From Octopus vulgaris (Eukaryota), in contig OX597828.1 of NCBI GenBank assembly GCA_951406725.2, forward strand, positions 13,578,001-13,642,000: 64,000 nucleotides of DNA. The letters run 5' to 3'. The notes under the pieces are model-generated. The model was not told where the DNA came from and did not search any database. It worked only from the letters and a program-made list of their open reading frames with translations. Below, one piece after another: positions 1 to 11,957 of this stretch. Made by a program: the position numbers and the translations under genes. Each line of letters begins with the position of its first letter. The stretch's first letter is position 1.

Positions 1-1
1 T

Positions 2-1114
2 CCTTTCAACTGTGCGATTCAATCGGATATACAGAGCAAATTCAAAGTAATTCTAGAAAAAAATTTCCCAATCTCTCATAGATATCATAGAATTATTTCT
101 AAGAAAACAGTTAGGATTTTTTATTCAACCCTCCCAAATATGTCCACTTTAATAGCTAAGATCAATAATAACAACATTAAACTAGCCAGGAAAGATAAAA
201 ATAAAAATAATAATACCAACATGAATACCAATAACAATTATAATAATACTACCAACAATAAACGCAACAATAGTAACTATCAAAACATGGATGGAATCAG
301 TAACCACAGAATGACTAATAATAATATTAACAGTAATAGGAGTAATAATAATATCGATATTAATAGAAGTAATAATGTTAATAGTAGAAGTAAGGCTAAT
401 AGAGAAAATACAGAGAATGAAAATATCAGTGATATCTATAGCAACAATATACAGTTTGATAATAATACTAACAATAATAGTAACATTACCAATAATGTAA
501 ATAATCATGGTAGGACTTTAGACCTAAAAGATGGAGCAGAAGGATCAATAAATAATAACAATGCTTTAGATAGCAGCACCAACTATAAAAATAATAATAA
601 TAATAATAATAAAGATAATGATAATCAAAATAACAGGAACATAAGACATCTACCCATGAATAATCCAACATCTGAAGTTGTTCCTCCTGCGTGTAAGTGT
701 AGAATTAAGTCAAAATGCCCGGCACCTGGTCTATGCAGGGAAAATAATGTAATCTATAAATGTACCGTATCTACCGAGAATAACAAATTTTTTTACATTG
801 GTTGTACGATAAATTTTGAAGTCAGAGTTAGAAATCACGTCTCATCTTTTAAATTACGTCATAAAGCTGGTACCACCACACTTTCAAGTAAGATCTGGGA
901 ACTCAAAAATAATAACAGGAATTATAACCTTAATTGGGAAATAGTTAGGAGAGCAATGCCGTATAAAAATAACAGGGTTGGTTGCCAACTCTGCTCCATG
1001 GAGACCTATGAAATTCTAAGGCATAGAAAAAATAGAGGTTTGTTAAATAACCATATTGAAGTAGGACAAGTTTGTGTCCACGCTAAATTGAAGACTCTAA
1101 AATATTTTAAATGA
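2..1114 (+). CDS. Penelope-like retroelement ORF, 3' part (RT C-terminus, Asn-rich linker, GIY-YIG endonuclease); resembles Naiad-type PLEs
   Basis: Frame is open from base 2 (PFNCAIQSDIQSKFKVILEKNFPISHRYHRIISKKTVRIFYSTLPN), matching the PF..F..KHFP..H..SYS..PN motif of PLE RT C-termini. It continues into CKCR..CP..GLC, VIYKC..FFYIGCT (GIY-YIG), R..H..SF, TLS..IW and CQLC..E..LN..CVH. Stop at 1112-1114. Confidence 0.85.
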   Translation, partial: PFNCAIQSDIQSKFKVILEKNFPISHRYHRIISKKTVRIFYSTLPNMSTLIAKINNNNIKLARKDKNKNNNTNMNTNNNYNNTTNNKRNNSNYQNMDGISNHRMTNNNINSNRSNNNIDINRSNNVNSRSKANRENTENENISDIYSNNIQFDNNTNNNSNITNNVNNHGRTLDLKDGAEGSINNNNALDSSTNYKNNNNNNNKDNDNQNNRNIRHLPMNNPTSEVVPPACKCRIKSKCPAPGLCRENNVIYKCTVSTENNKFFYIGCTINFEVRVRNHVSSFKLRHKAGTTTLSSKIWELKNNNRNYNLNWEIVRRAMPYKNNRVGCQLCSMETYEILRHRKNRGLLNNHIEVGQVCVHAKLKTLKYFK

Positions 1115-2523
1115 ATAACTGTATAGAATAATCGTAACAAGATAGATAGATAGATATAGCTAGTATAGCATTACTTTAATTTTTAAGTAGATAACTGCGA
1201 GTTCTCACACTATAGTTATCTTTTTCTTTATAACTGCACCTGATTTTGAGCACAAGGAAATAAATAGTACTTGTACATTGCTTAAATGAAGTTTTATTTA
1301 ATTTTTAAATCTTAATTTTGAATTTTGAATTTTGAATTTAATCTAATTTAGGTAACACAACTTTAATAAAATAAGTTACTTAGGCTTCTTAAATTTTTTA
1401 ACAAAATTAAATAAGTAAGGCTACTCCCTTGAAAAGTAGTATGAGAAATTTCAAAATAATAGACAATTCCATCACACCTTGTAAACTAATCTTCTAAGTT
1501 TTGACCTGTAGTCTGTCAATGTATAAATAGTAACGGCAACAATTTAAGACAGTAACAGGAATAAATAAACAAATAAATTTAAATGACCTCTTGTTAAGAT
1601 TGCACTTAGATATTCTTTCTCTTAATGTATTTCCTTTTGATGATAGCCTTTGACCCCTCTACCCCTAACCTTGTTATCTCTTTAGATTCTCTTTAGATTC
1701 ATATCTGCTTTCAACTACGTCAGGTTGGCAATAAATAGCTGTTTTACTGGTCAAAAATAATATTCTCCTTATAGTTCCTGGATTCTTGCAAATTCAAGCC
1801 AGCCAGGCAGTCTACAAGTTCTTCTGTGTAGTATGTCACTTTAGAACTCCCTTCCCTCAAAGTTGTCACAGTATACTCTATGTGGGCGTTTTTTCTTTTC
1901 TCCCTTCTTTCCCTTTTTTCTTTTTTCTTTCCCCTTTTTTCTTTCCCCTTTTTTCTTTATCTTTTTCCTCTTTCTTTTTCTTTTTTCTTTTTTCTTTTTT
2001 CTTTTCTTCTCCCCTTTTTTCTTTTTTCTTTTTTCTTTTCCTTTTTTCTTTTTTCTTTTCTTTTTTCTTTTTTCTTTTTCTTCTTTCTTCTTTTTTCTTT
2101 TTCCCTTTCCTTGTCTCTTTTCTTCTCTTTCCTTCCTTTTCTTTTCTTTGCTCCACAAAAAATTCCTTCAGCCTTTAGAAGTCATAACTTAGCAGTCTTG
2201 TGAAAGGAACAGTAATGTGGCAAATACCTTATCATATAGCATGAAATGATACCCACCTCATTGCGGATTAACCATGGATAAATTCATCGTCTGTGAGTAT
2301 GAAATTCCTCCTCATATCTCTGGAAATTTACATCTACACTACGGATTAATTCACCTTCTCTGTGAAGCTAATAAGTTTTTTAAAAACCTGTGATAAGACT
2401 GTGCATCATCATTAAGGAACTTCGGAAATCTGTTTACAACCTAAATCTGCTTTTAATGAAATTATCTCCAATACTTCATGAGTATAGCCTCACCCACTAA
2501 GATGTTTGGAGAACTCATATGTA

Positions 2524-2614
2524 TTTTAGCTGATGAGTACGGGACACTTTTATCTGCTGCAATTTTTGCAACTTTTAATAAAGCCTGTCTTTGTATGAAA
2601 CAATTGTACTAAAA
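2524..2614 (+). ncRNA. Type I hammerhead ribozyme motif
   Basis: Stem I TTTTAG(2524-29)/CTAAAA(2609-14); CTGATGA 2530-36; stem II GTACGGGACA..TGTCTTTGTAT; GAAA 2597-2600; stem III C-AATT-G; GTA triplet, predicted cleavage after 2608. Confidence 0.85.
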
Positions 2615-3059
2615 ACTAATCCATTCTTGTTGCTTCTTTCTCGCTTATAATCACCCCACATTACTGTATGGTTAACACCATATAGTTTTCGGTGCATCTA
2701 AGTTAAGTACCACATTCAAGTAAATTCATTGGAATTGACTTGAATCTTAATTGCTTTTATATTTATATATATATATATATATTTATATGCTAAGATCACC
2801 ATCCGAGCATGATCGTTGCCATGAAAAAAATTTCGAGCGAGGTCATTACCAGTACCACTTGACTGGCGCCCATGCTAGCATGGAAAGCGGACGTTAAATG
2901 ATAATGATGATGATGATATGATGATATATCTATATATCTATATCTATATATATATATATATATATATATACTCTTTTACTTGTTCCAGCCATGTGACTGT
3001 GGTCATGCTGGAGCACCACCATGGTCTTTCTGACTTCTTCAGTCTGGATGTTTCACATC

Positions 3060-3860
3060 ACCACTCTTGTATGTGCCTTTGTCCCAGCTGTTGGTTCATC
3101 CGGTATTGTGGAGGGGAGGATGTCTAGTTTCTTTTTTGAAAACATCTACTTCCACCTTATGCAGATTTCTTAATTTTTGTGGTAGGGCATTGAAGAACTG
3201 TAGGCCTTTGAACTCTAGACTATTGCAATACCTGGTCCTGAATTTAGATGGAGTGGATGGTACCTTTGTTACGGCACAATGGTGGCCAGTTCTGGCATTT
3301 GTACTAGCCCTTCTAGGATTTTCCATATATATATTATTGCATATCTCTCATGCTGTAGTTTTGTCAGCCTATTTCTGTAGCTCATCCCCTGCACTGTTTC
3401 AATCTTTTCAGTGTAGTGGCATTGGACTGTGACGATAACTAGGAGCAGTAGTCCAGGTGGCTGAGAACACAGTGTCAACATAGTTTCTTGGTCTCTTGTC
3501 TTGAAGGACCTCAGTGTCCATCCTGCCAGTTGTCTTCCCTTTGCTGCTTATGAAATGATGAGTCATTGCACGTACCGATCCCCAAGTCTTTCACTGCCTG
3601 TGACTCTGGGATTGTAGTGCCTTTGGATCCTGTAAATGTAGATTGTACTGTATTTGTGAGTTGATAGTGCAGTGCTTGAAATTTTCTGGCATTAAACTGC
3701 ATGTTGTTTATTTTGGCCCACTTGTATATTGAGTTTAGGTCCCGCTGTAAGCTTGTGACATCATCTTAGTTTTTTTATTGCCCGTGATAATTTTCTATCC
3801 TCGGCATAGATGATGACAGTGGTTGTCCGAGTGACTGTGGGCTTGTCTAAGAGGGCTTCA
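3060..3860 (-). mobile_element. Degenerate CR1/L2-group LINE RT 3' fragment
   Basis: Frameshifted minus-strand peptides IIYAEDRK (YADD-like), MQFNARKFQALHY, VKDLG, MSYRNRLTKL..ERYAIIYIWKILEGLV and FFNALP. Confidence 0.7.
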
Positions 3861-5291
3861 CCATTCCCTCTTTCTCTCTCTCACTCTTCCTCCTTGACCC
3901 TCTCGTTGCTCACACATGACCAACACCTATCTATCTTTCTTTCTTCCACTTCCTTCTTGAAGACATGATGTGTGTTTGCCTGTCTCTTCTCAAAGCTCAT
4001 TTTTCCAGCATTCACCACTTCACCTCATCATGGCTTAACAGCCCTCATCGTTTGTTTTTACTGTTTTGTTCTTATTGTCCTGATTTTGTTACCACTTTAA
4101 CCCCCCCGCAAAAAAATTCAAAATTTTATTTAGTTTGATTTGCGGGAAGGACTGTTTTAACAAAGTCGTGTCTTGTCCCTACCTTCGAAACACGGAGTAG
4201 ATAAAACGGAATATTCTTTATGTTTTCTGTCTCATCTCTCTATTTGTTTCTTTCTTTTTTCGATAAAAAAGTTTGTTTTCTATGTTTTTGCTTTTTATAT
4301 TCTTGTTTCTCATTTTGTTCACGTTTTTTTTTGACGTCCTGTACTTATATATGCATGCATATATATATGTAGGTATGTACTTATATGTATGTATATATGC
4401 ATATGTTTATATATTATTTATATTATTTAATGTAACTATTCCATCTTAAAAAAAAAAACATTACCCAATTTGACATGTAGTCCTAAAGATGATATCACGA
4501 TTTGGGTCAGTGATCTTGAGCTTACTCAGTAGTTTTCTGTCTCACCTACCCTCTCTGTGTCTTACACCTACATTAGTCTGATGTTATTTGGAATTTTGTC
4601 ATTGCGTTTACAATCTTAAACATATTATATAATTTGTTTATGTGAGAAATTGTTAATGCTATTGTATACACATAACAAAAGATTCTGTAGGTGTACAGGT
4701 ACAATATTGTCAGTATATTCTTTTGTACGTTTCAATCAATTACCATGGTTTTCTGACAGAGTAATTGTTAGTTTTTGCTCTGTTGCATTTAACGTTTATT
4801 TGTTGTTCATACCATGCATAAATTACTACCATTTCTAAACATTACTGTATTAAATATTGGAGTACTGCACAGTCATTCATTTAGGTTTATTTTTCAGAAA
4901 AATCTTAGCATTTTTTCAGTTTAGGACCACAAAATGAAAGCAGAAATTATAATGAATAATCTACATTAAAATCTGAAATTATAGAACTATAATTTTTGTA
5001 TATTTAAACATGGAACCCCGAAAACAATTTTTTAAAATGTTAAAAGCAGGAGAAATTTGGGTGATTGGGAAATAAAATTTTTAAAAGCATATTTTTTTTT
5101 TTTTGAATTGTAATTTCCATTCTTGAAAACAGGAATCCAGAATAATTTTTGGATTCCCATGTTTTCAACAATGGAGATTATCATAGATTTATGCCCTCAT
5201 TACCCATTCTTGTCAAAATTTTAATTCCTTTACGGCACAATTTTGTTTTTGTTTTTAACCTTTTTGACTTAAAAGAAATTCTACATGAGGT

Positions 5292-5683
5292 ATTGGAGTG
5301 GCTGTGTGGTAAGTAGCTTGCTTACCAACCACATGGTTCTGGGTTCAGTCCCACAGTGTGGCACCTTGGGCAAGTGTCTTCTACTATAGCCTCAGGCCGA
5401 CCAAATCCTTGTGAGTGGATTTGGCAGATGGAAACTGAAAGAAGCCTATCGTATATATGTGTATGTGTATATGTTTGTGTGTCTGTGTTTGTCCCCCCAA
5501 CATTGCTTGACAACCGATGCTGGTGTGTTTACATCCTCATAACTTAGTGTTCAGCAAAAGAGTCCCATAGAATAAGTGCTAGGTTTACAAAAAAATAAGT
5601 CCTGGGGTTGATATGCTCGACAAAAGGTGGTGTTCCAGCATGGCCACAGTCAAATGACTGAAACAAGTAAAAGAGTAAAAGAT
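5292..5683 (+). mobile_element. tRNA-derived SINE, family A (representative; further copies at ~22877-23270+, 23475-23800+, 24200-24614-, 31722-32055+, 49775-50157-, 50880-51265+, 51684-52090+, 52892-53265-, 56985-57535-, 58288-58700+)
   Basis: A-box-like TGGCTGTGTGG, B-box-like GGTTCAGTCCC, internal (TA/TG)n, shared 3' end ACTGAAACAAGTAAAAGAG; more than 10 dispersed copies in the window. Confidence 0.85.
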
Positions 5684-6202
5684 TAAAAAATATGGAGATT
5701 ACAATTCTAAATAAATCTTTTTCCCAAATTTCAATTGTTTTTTTATAAGTAACCCCTCCTTCCTCTCACAGCTTTTGTAATATCCACAATTTTGCTTGCA
5801 AAAAGAAGAATTTATATATTTTACAAGCAGCCAAAGTTTCTTTATCATTACTCATTGTTTTATGTTGATAATCATTGAAAGCATTGAAGAAAGGATAGAG
5901 GTATATAAGCAAAAATATTCATAAACACATTGAAGTATGATTTGTGATTAACATTTGAGTAGTTGCAAACAACAAGAAAAAGCAGAGTTAAAAAATGCAT
6001 CCAGATGCAGAACATAATATATTCATCGCTTCACATGTAAAAACAAGTGACACATTTCTGTTTTCAGTATCAAATGTATAAAATAGAAAAAAAATACGAG
6101 AGTTAGCTATTCTAATGCAGTTTTAGTGTTGATGAATACCCAAATGTCTTCTATTTTCCAATTTGTGACCATCTTGCAGAGTACGGTAAAGCCATTATGT
6201 GG

Positions 6203-6257
<55 letters not shown>

Positions 6258-6258
6258 A

Positions 6259-6305
<47 letters not shown>

Positions 6306-6306
6306 A

Positions 6307-6353
<47 letters not shown>

Positions 6354-6384
6354 AAATAATAATAATGAAAATAATAATAATGAA

Positions 6385-6446
<62 letters not shown>

Positions 6447-6501
6447 TAATAATGATAATAATAATAATAATGAAAATAATAATAATAATAATAATAATGA
6501 A

Positions 6502-6551
<50 letters not shown>

Positions 6552-6602
6552 TAATAATGATAATAATAATAATAATGAAAATAATAATAATAATAATAAT
6601 AA

Positions 6603-6657
<55 letters not shown>

Positions 6658-6708
6658 TAATAATGATAATAATAATAATAATGAAAATAATAATAATAAT
6701 AATAATAA

Positions 6709-6766
<58 letters not shown>

Positions 6767-6790
6767 TAATAATGATAATAATAATAATAA

Positions 6791-6879
<89 letters not shown>

Positions 6880-6937
6880 TAATAATGATAATAATAATAA
6901 TAATGAAAATAATAATAATGAAAATAATAATAATGAA

Positions 6938-6981
<44 letters not shown>

Positions 6982-7058
6982 TAATAATGATAATAATAAT
7001 AATAATGAAAATAATAATAATAATAATAATAATGAAAATAATAATAATAATAATAATA
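6203..7058. repeat. Long interrupted (AAT)n microsatellite; further blocks at 7616-7847, 10132-10284 and 10730-10837
   Basis: Direct reading: AAT repeats with GAA/GAT interruptions. Confidence 0.98.
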
Positions 7059-7060
7059 AA

Positions 7061-7615
7061 TGCCCTGATGCAGTACCAGGCAGTGGCTCTCATGGCTTCT
7101 GATCTTAACTGATTGGAAGTGTTATCATGTACATTGTTTTGTCTTGGTATAAAAGATGGGCTACAGCAAATATTCTGCTCAATACCACAGATTTGCTTGT
7201 CAGTTGTTTGACCTTAACCAGTTGGGCATGTCCCTTAGTGGCTGACGATATGTGCATCTCTGATCACGAGCAGAAGTAGTGGGGGAGCATCATAGCCATG
7301 TGTTGAGAGGGATTCTTTGGGGTTTGAATAATTCACCTCTGGAAACATGGGTGGTTCTTTCAACATCCTTAAACAACCCTTATTCAGGGACCTTTTGAGC
7401 GGGATGGGCTACTCAACCTGAAGAAAATTCTAACTGGGCCCCACCTGCAAGGTCATGCGCTGTTTATCTTGATATGATATCACCATGTCGCGCACATATG
7501 GTTGTGATGCATGTGCCTGGTGTACCCTTATCAGACGGGTAGTCATGATGGGTATATTGGGCTTCGTATATTTTACCCCAGTGTCACTTTGATGGCATGA
7601 CCTGCTCTCTCACTC
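7061..7615. mobile_element. ~555-bp non-coding interspersed element embedded in (AAT)n; copies at 10285-10729, 10841-11394, 14704-14889 (inverted) and 13225-13380 (inverted, degraded)
   Basis: Near-identical copies run TGCCCTGATGCAGTACC ... CTCTCTCACTC and abut AAT repeats. No ORF. Confidence 0.85.
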
Positions 7616-7653
<38 letters not shown>

Positions 7654-7681
7654 TAATAATGATAATAATAATAATAATGAA

Positions 7682-7734
<53 letters not shown>

Positions 7735-7735
7735 A

Positions 7736-7785
<50 letters not shown>

Positions 7786-7847
7786 AAATAATAATAATGA
7801 AAATAATAATAATGAAAATAATAATGATAATAATGATAATAATAATA

Positions 7848-10131
7848 GTTGCTTAACAACTATGTACAAAACACTAACATCTGTCCTGACGGAATATACC
7901 TATAGTTTTTTAACAGACAGCAGCATATTCCCTAATGAACAGAAAGGATGTAAACGTGGATCCTACGGCTGTAAAGACCAACTACTCATCAATAAGATGA
8001 TCTTAGAAGATTGTCACAAACGACACAAAAACTTATCAATAGCCTGGATAGACTATAAAAAGGCTTTTGATAGCCTACCACATAGCTGGATTAGGAAATG
8101 CCTTGAAATGTATAAGATAGCACCAACTCTGCGAAACTTCTTGACTGTAAGTATGAGATCATGGAGAACCACACTAACTCTGAACAGTGACAGTGAATTC
8201 CTAAATGCTGGTGATGTAAAAATTTCGTGTGGCATTTTCCAGGGTGACTCACTGTCACCACTCCTCTTTTGTTTATCCTTAATACCTCTCTCAAAGCTGC
8301 TCAATGACGCGCAGTACGGGTATAAAATGTTTGATAAAAATATAAATCATCTCGTTTACATGGATGATTTAAAGCTTTTGCAAAAAACGATCAACAACTC
8401 AAGGGCTTACTAGCGATAGTCAAACAATTCAGTGACGACATCAGAATGCAATTCGGCCTCGATAAATGTGCAAAGGCTACCTTTATCAAAGGAAAAATGA
8501 CAGAAACATCTAACATTAACCTTGACCAACAGAATGTCATAAAAGAACTAGACCCAGCGGAGAGCTACAAGTACCTAGGGATAATTGAAGGGAACGGAAT
8601 AAGGCATTCAGAGATGAAGGAAAGGATCAGGAGAGAATGCTATCGAAGAGTGAGAGCAATACTCAAGACAGAGCTGAATGCAAGAAACAGGATCGAAGCA
8701 ATCAATGTATTAGCTATACCAGTCGTGACTTACAGTTTCAATATTGTTAACTGGTCAATTACTGAAATATGTCAGCTCGACAGAAAAATAAGGAAACTGT
8801 TGACAATGCATAGAATGCACCACCCTAAGGCAGATACAGAACGACTCTATCTGCCAAGAAAAGAGGGAGGCCGTGGTCTTTTGCAACTGGCAATAACAAT
8901 GAAGATTGCTACAATTGGCCTAGACACCTACCTGAAAAACTCTGAGGACTGGATGCTAAAACTTGTCTCAAAACATGAAAACAAGAAAGCATCATACTCA
9001 GTCACAAAACAGGCAAAGGAATATCTAAGTGAATTCCGAATACAACCAATTTCGGAGATAGATATACAAGAAACAAGCACAGAAAAAGCTAGGCGCATGA
9101 AAACCCGTGCCAAAACTGCGGCCTTAGATATTCTGAATAATAAATGGCAAGAAAAACCTCTCTATGGCAAATACCCAAAGAGATGGAATAATGCAGATAT
9201 CGACAAAGCCCTGACCCATCAATGGCTAATGGCCTCTGGCTTAAAATCTGAAACAGAGGGGTTTATCATAGCAGCTCAAGATCAATGCCTACCAACAAGA
9301 AACTACCAGGCCAACATATTAAAGATCAGAAGCAGTCCAACGTGTCGTGTATGCAAGCAACAAAATGAAACCATTGACCATGTGGTCTCCAAGTGCAGTC
9401 TTCTAGCGCCTACAGAGTATCTCAACAGGCACGATAGAGCTGCACAATATATTCACTGGGTAATCTGTAAAAACCTGGATTTGCCCCATGAAAAAAACTG
9501 GTGGGAACACAAACCACCCCCAGTGCTTGAAAATGACCACATCTCACTCCTCTGGAACTTCACCATTCAAACTGACAGGAAGATAGATGCAAATAGGCCA
9601 GACATCATATTGAAAAACTTCAAACAAAGAACATGCCTCCTCATTGATATGACTGTCCCAATCGATATAAACGTATCTGTCAAGACCTACCAAAAACTGA
9701 GCAAATATAAAGATCTTGAAATAGAAATCAGCAAAATGTGGAAGCTGAAGACTAAAACAATACCTGTTGTCATAGGTGCCCTGGGAATGATAGCAAAAGG
9801 GGCTGATAGCTACCTAACTCAGATACCAGGAAACCCAAAAATGGCAGAAGTTCAAAAGATAGTGCTCATGGGAACTGCTCATATCCTACGCAAAATACTC
9901 TCTATGTAATCTCAAGGTTTAAAACAAACATAATTTTCGTTTTAAAAAAAAAAAAAAAAAAAACTTTTTTTTTTTCTTTTTAGACATTCATTAGTACAAC
10001 ATCCCCACCCCCCAAATATATGGCACACTAGGCATAACAACAACATGAACTTCCAACCCTGTTGTCTCTTGAGGTCTCTGGGTGAGACTTGGAGCCAACT
10101 TGTACAAATATAAAGCAAAAGTCAAACATAG
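7848..10131 (+). mobile_element. 5'-truncated R4/Dong-clade non-LTR retrotransposon (RT, CCHC finger, restriction-like endonuclease)
   Basis: RT motifs EQKG, WIDYKKAFDS, GIFQGDSLSP and YMDD; CRVC..ETIDHVVSKC zinc knuckle; RHD; PDIIL..IDMTVP..KLSKY RLE. Flanked on both sides by (AAT)n, the known Dong target. Confidence 0.9.
7850..9909 (+). pseudogene. R4/Dong ORF split by a single 1-nt frameshift near 8375-8380
   Basis: ORFs 7862-8413 and 8446-9909 join (YMDDLKL|FAKNDQQLKGLLAIVKQFSDDIRMQFGLDKC) if one base is restored in CTTTTG. Confidence 0.85.
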
Positions 10132-10152
10132 AATAATAATAATAATAATGAA

Positions 10153-10205
<53 letters not shown>

Positions 10206-10225
10206 AAATAATAATAATAATAATA

Positions 10226-10256
<31 letters not shown>

Positions 10257-10729
10257 TGAAAATAATAATAATAATAATAATAATGGAAGTGTTATCATGT
10301 ACATCGTTTTGTCTTGGTATAAAAGATGGGCTACAGCAAATATTCTGCTCAATACCACAGATTTGCTTGTCAGTTGTTTGACCTTAACTAGTTGAGCATG
10401 TCCCTTAGTGGCTGACGATATGTGCATCTCTGATCACAAGCAGAAGTAGTGGGGGAGCATCATAGCCATGTGTTGAGAGGGATTCTTTGGGGTTTGAATA
10501 ATTCACCTCTGGAAACATGGGTGGTTCTTTCAACATCCTTAAACAACCCTTATTCAGGGACCTTTTGAGCGGGATGGGCTACTCAACCTGAAGAAAATTC
10601 TAACTGGCCCCCACCTGCAAGGTCATACGCTGTTTATCTTGATATCAGACGGGTAGTCATGATGGGTATATTGGGCTTCGTATATTTTACCCCAGTGTCA
10701 CTTTGATGGCATGCACTACTCTCTCACTC

Positions 10730-10837
<108 letters not shown>

Positions 10838-11854
10838 TTATGCCCTGATGCAGTACCAAGCAGTGGCTCTCATGGCTTCTGACCTTAACTGATTGGAAGT
10901 GTTATCATGTACATTGTTTTGTCTTGGTATAAAAGATGGGCTACAGCAAATTTTCTGCTCAATACCACAGATCTGCTTGTCAGTTGTTTGACCTTAACCA
11001 GTTCAGCATGTCCCTTAGTGGCTGACGATATGTGCATCTTTGATCACGAGAAGAAGTAGAGTGGAGCATCATAGCCATGTGTTGAAAGGAATTCTTTGGT
11101 TTTAAATAATTCACCTCTGGAAACGTGAGTGTTTCATTCAACATCCTTAAACAACCCTTATTAAGGGACCTTTTGAATGGTACGCGTTACTTGATCTGAA
11201 GAAAATTCTAACTGGGCCCCACCTGCAGGGTCGTGCATTGTTTTTCTTGGTATGAAATCCCCATATCACACACATATGGTCGTGATACACGTGCCTGGTG
11301 TACCCTTATCAGACAGGTAGTCATGATGGGTATACTGGGCTTCGTATATATTTTACCCCAGTGTCATTTGATGGCATGCACTGCTCTCTCACTCAATGAT
11401 AATTCTTTTTACTAAAGGCATAAGGACTGAAATTTTGGGGTAGGGGATAAGTCAATTACATCAATCTGTGTTTCACTGGTACTTAATTTCATTGACCCCT
11501 AAAAGGATGAAAGGCAAATGATAATGATGATGATGGTGGTGGTGGTGATGATGATGATGATAATGATGATCCTTTCTACTGAAGGCACAAGGTTTGAAAT
11601 TTTGGAGGAGGGGACTAGTCGATTACATTGACCCCAGTGTTTCACTGGTATTCAATTTATCAACCCTGAAAGGATGAAAAGCAAAGTCGACCTCAACCGA
11701 ATTTGAACTCATTATATAATAATGAATGAAATTCCACTAAGCATTTCATCTAGAGTGCTAACAATTCTGCCAGCTCACCACTTTAATAATAATAATAATG
11801 ATAATGATAACCTTAGTTTGACCTAAATTTATTCTATTTGTTTTTATTTTCCAG

Positions 11855-11957
11855 GGCCTTTCCCTTCCCATGGATGTGCAAGGACAAGGAGTTTAGGATT
11901 AAAAGCCTTGCGAAAGCCCTGTTAGAAAGTGAATATGATATCATTTTACTCCAAGAG
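11855..11957 (+). CDS. SMPD2: Neutral sphingomyelinase (nSMase1-like), internal coding exon
   Basis: ttttccag|G..CAAGAG|gt; encodes (W)AFPFPWMCKDKEFRIKSLAKALLESEYDIILLQE, including the metal-binding Glu. Confidence 0.85.

Larger units (their letters stand above)
1..2787 (+). mobile_element. Penelope-like element 3' half: ORF end, ~1.6-kb 3' region with pyrimidine tract and hammerhead, ending in (TA)n
   Basis: GIY-YIG ORF, T/C-rich tract at ~1888-2150, hammerhead at 2524-2614 and (TA)n at ~2757-2787. The 3' boundary is inferred. Confidence 0.65.

Noticed and set aside
1630-1750. Possible decayed hammerhead (TTGATGA TAGCC..GGC..AAATAGCTGT)
   Set aside because: Both core segments are mutated and there is no stem I.
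1786-2203. F-rich and K/R-rich ORFs
   Set aside because: Translations of a T/C low-complexity tract.
1114-2520. SECIS element or selenocysteine recoding, reported for some Naiad PLEs
   Set aside because: No internal TGA in the visible ORF, and the ATGA..AA..GA candidates (e.g. ~1287, ~1583) do not form a convincing helix II by eye. A SECISearch run would be decisive.
5292-5370. tRNA gene
   Set aside because: It is the tRNA-like head of a multi-copy SINE, with no full cloverleaf.
7240-7440. CTGACGA and CTGAAGA inside the 555-bp element as hammerhead cores
   Set aside because: No stem II followed by GAAA and NUH with a matching stem I.
6107-7869. Poly-I/N/Y ORFs
   Set aside because: Translations of the (AAT)n microsatellite.
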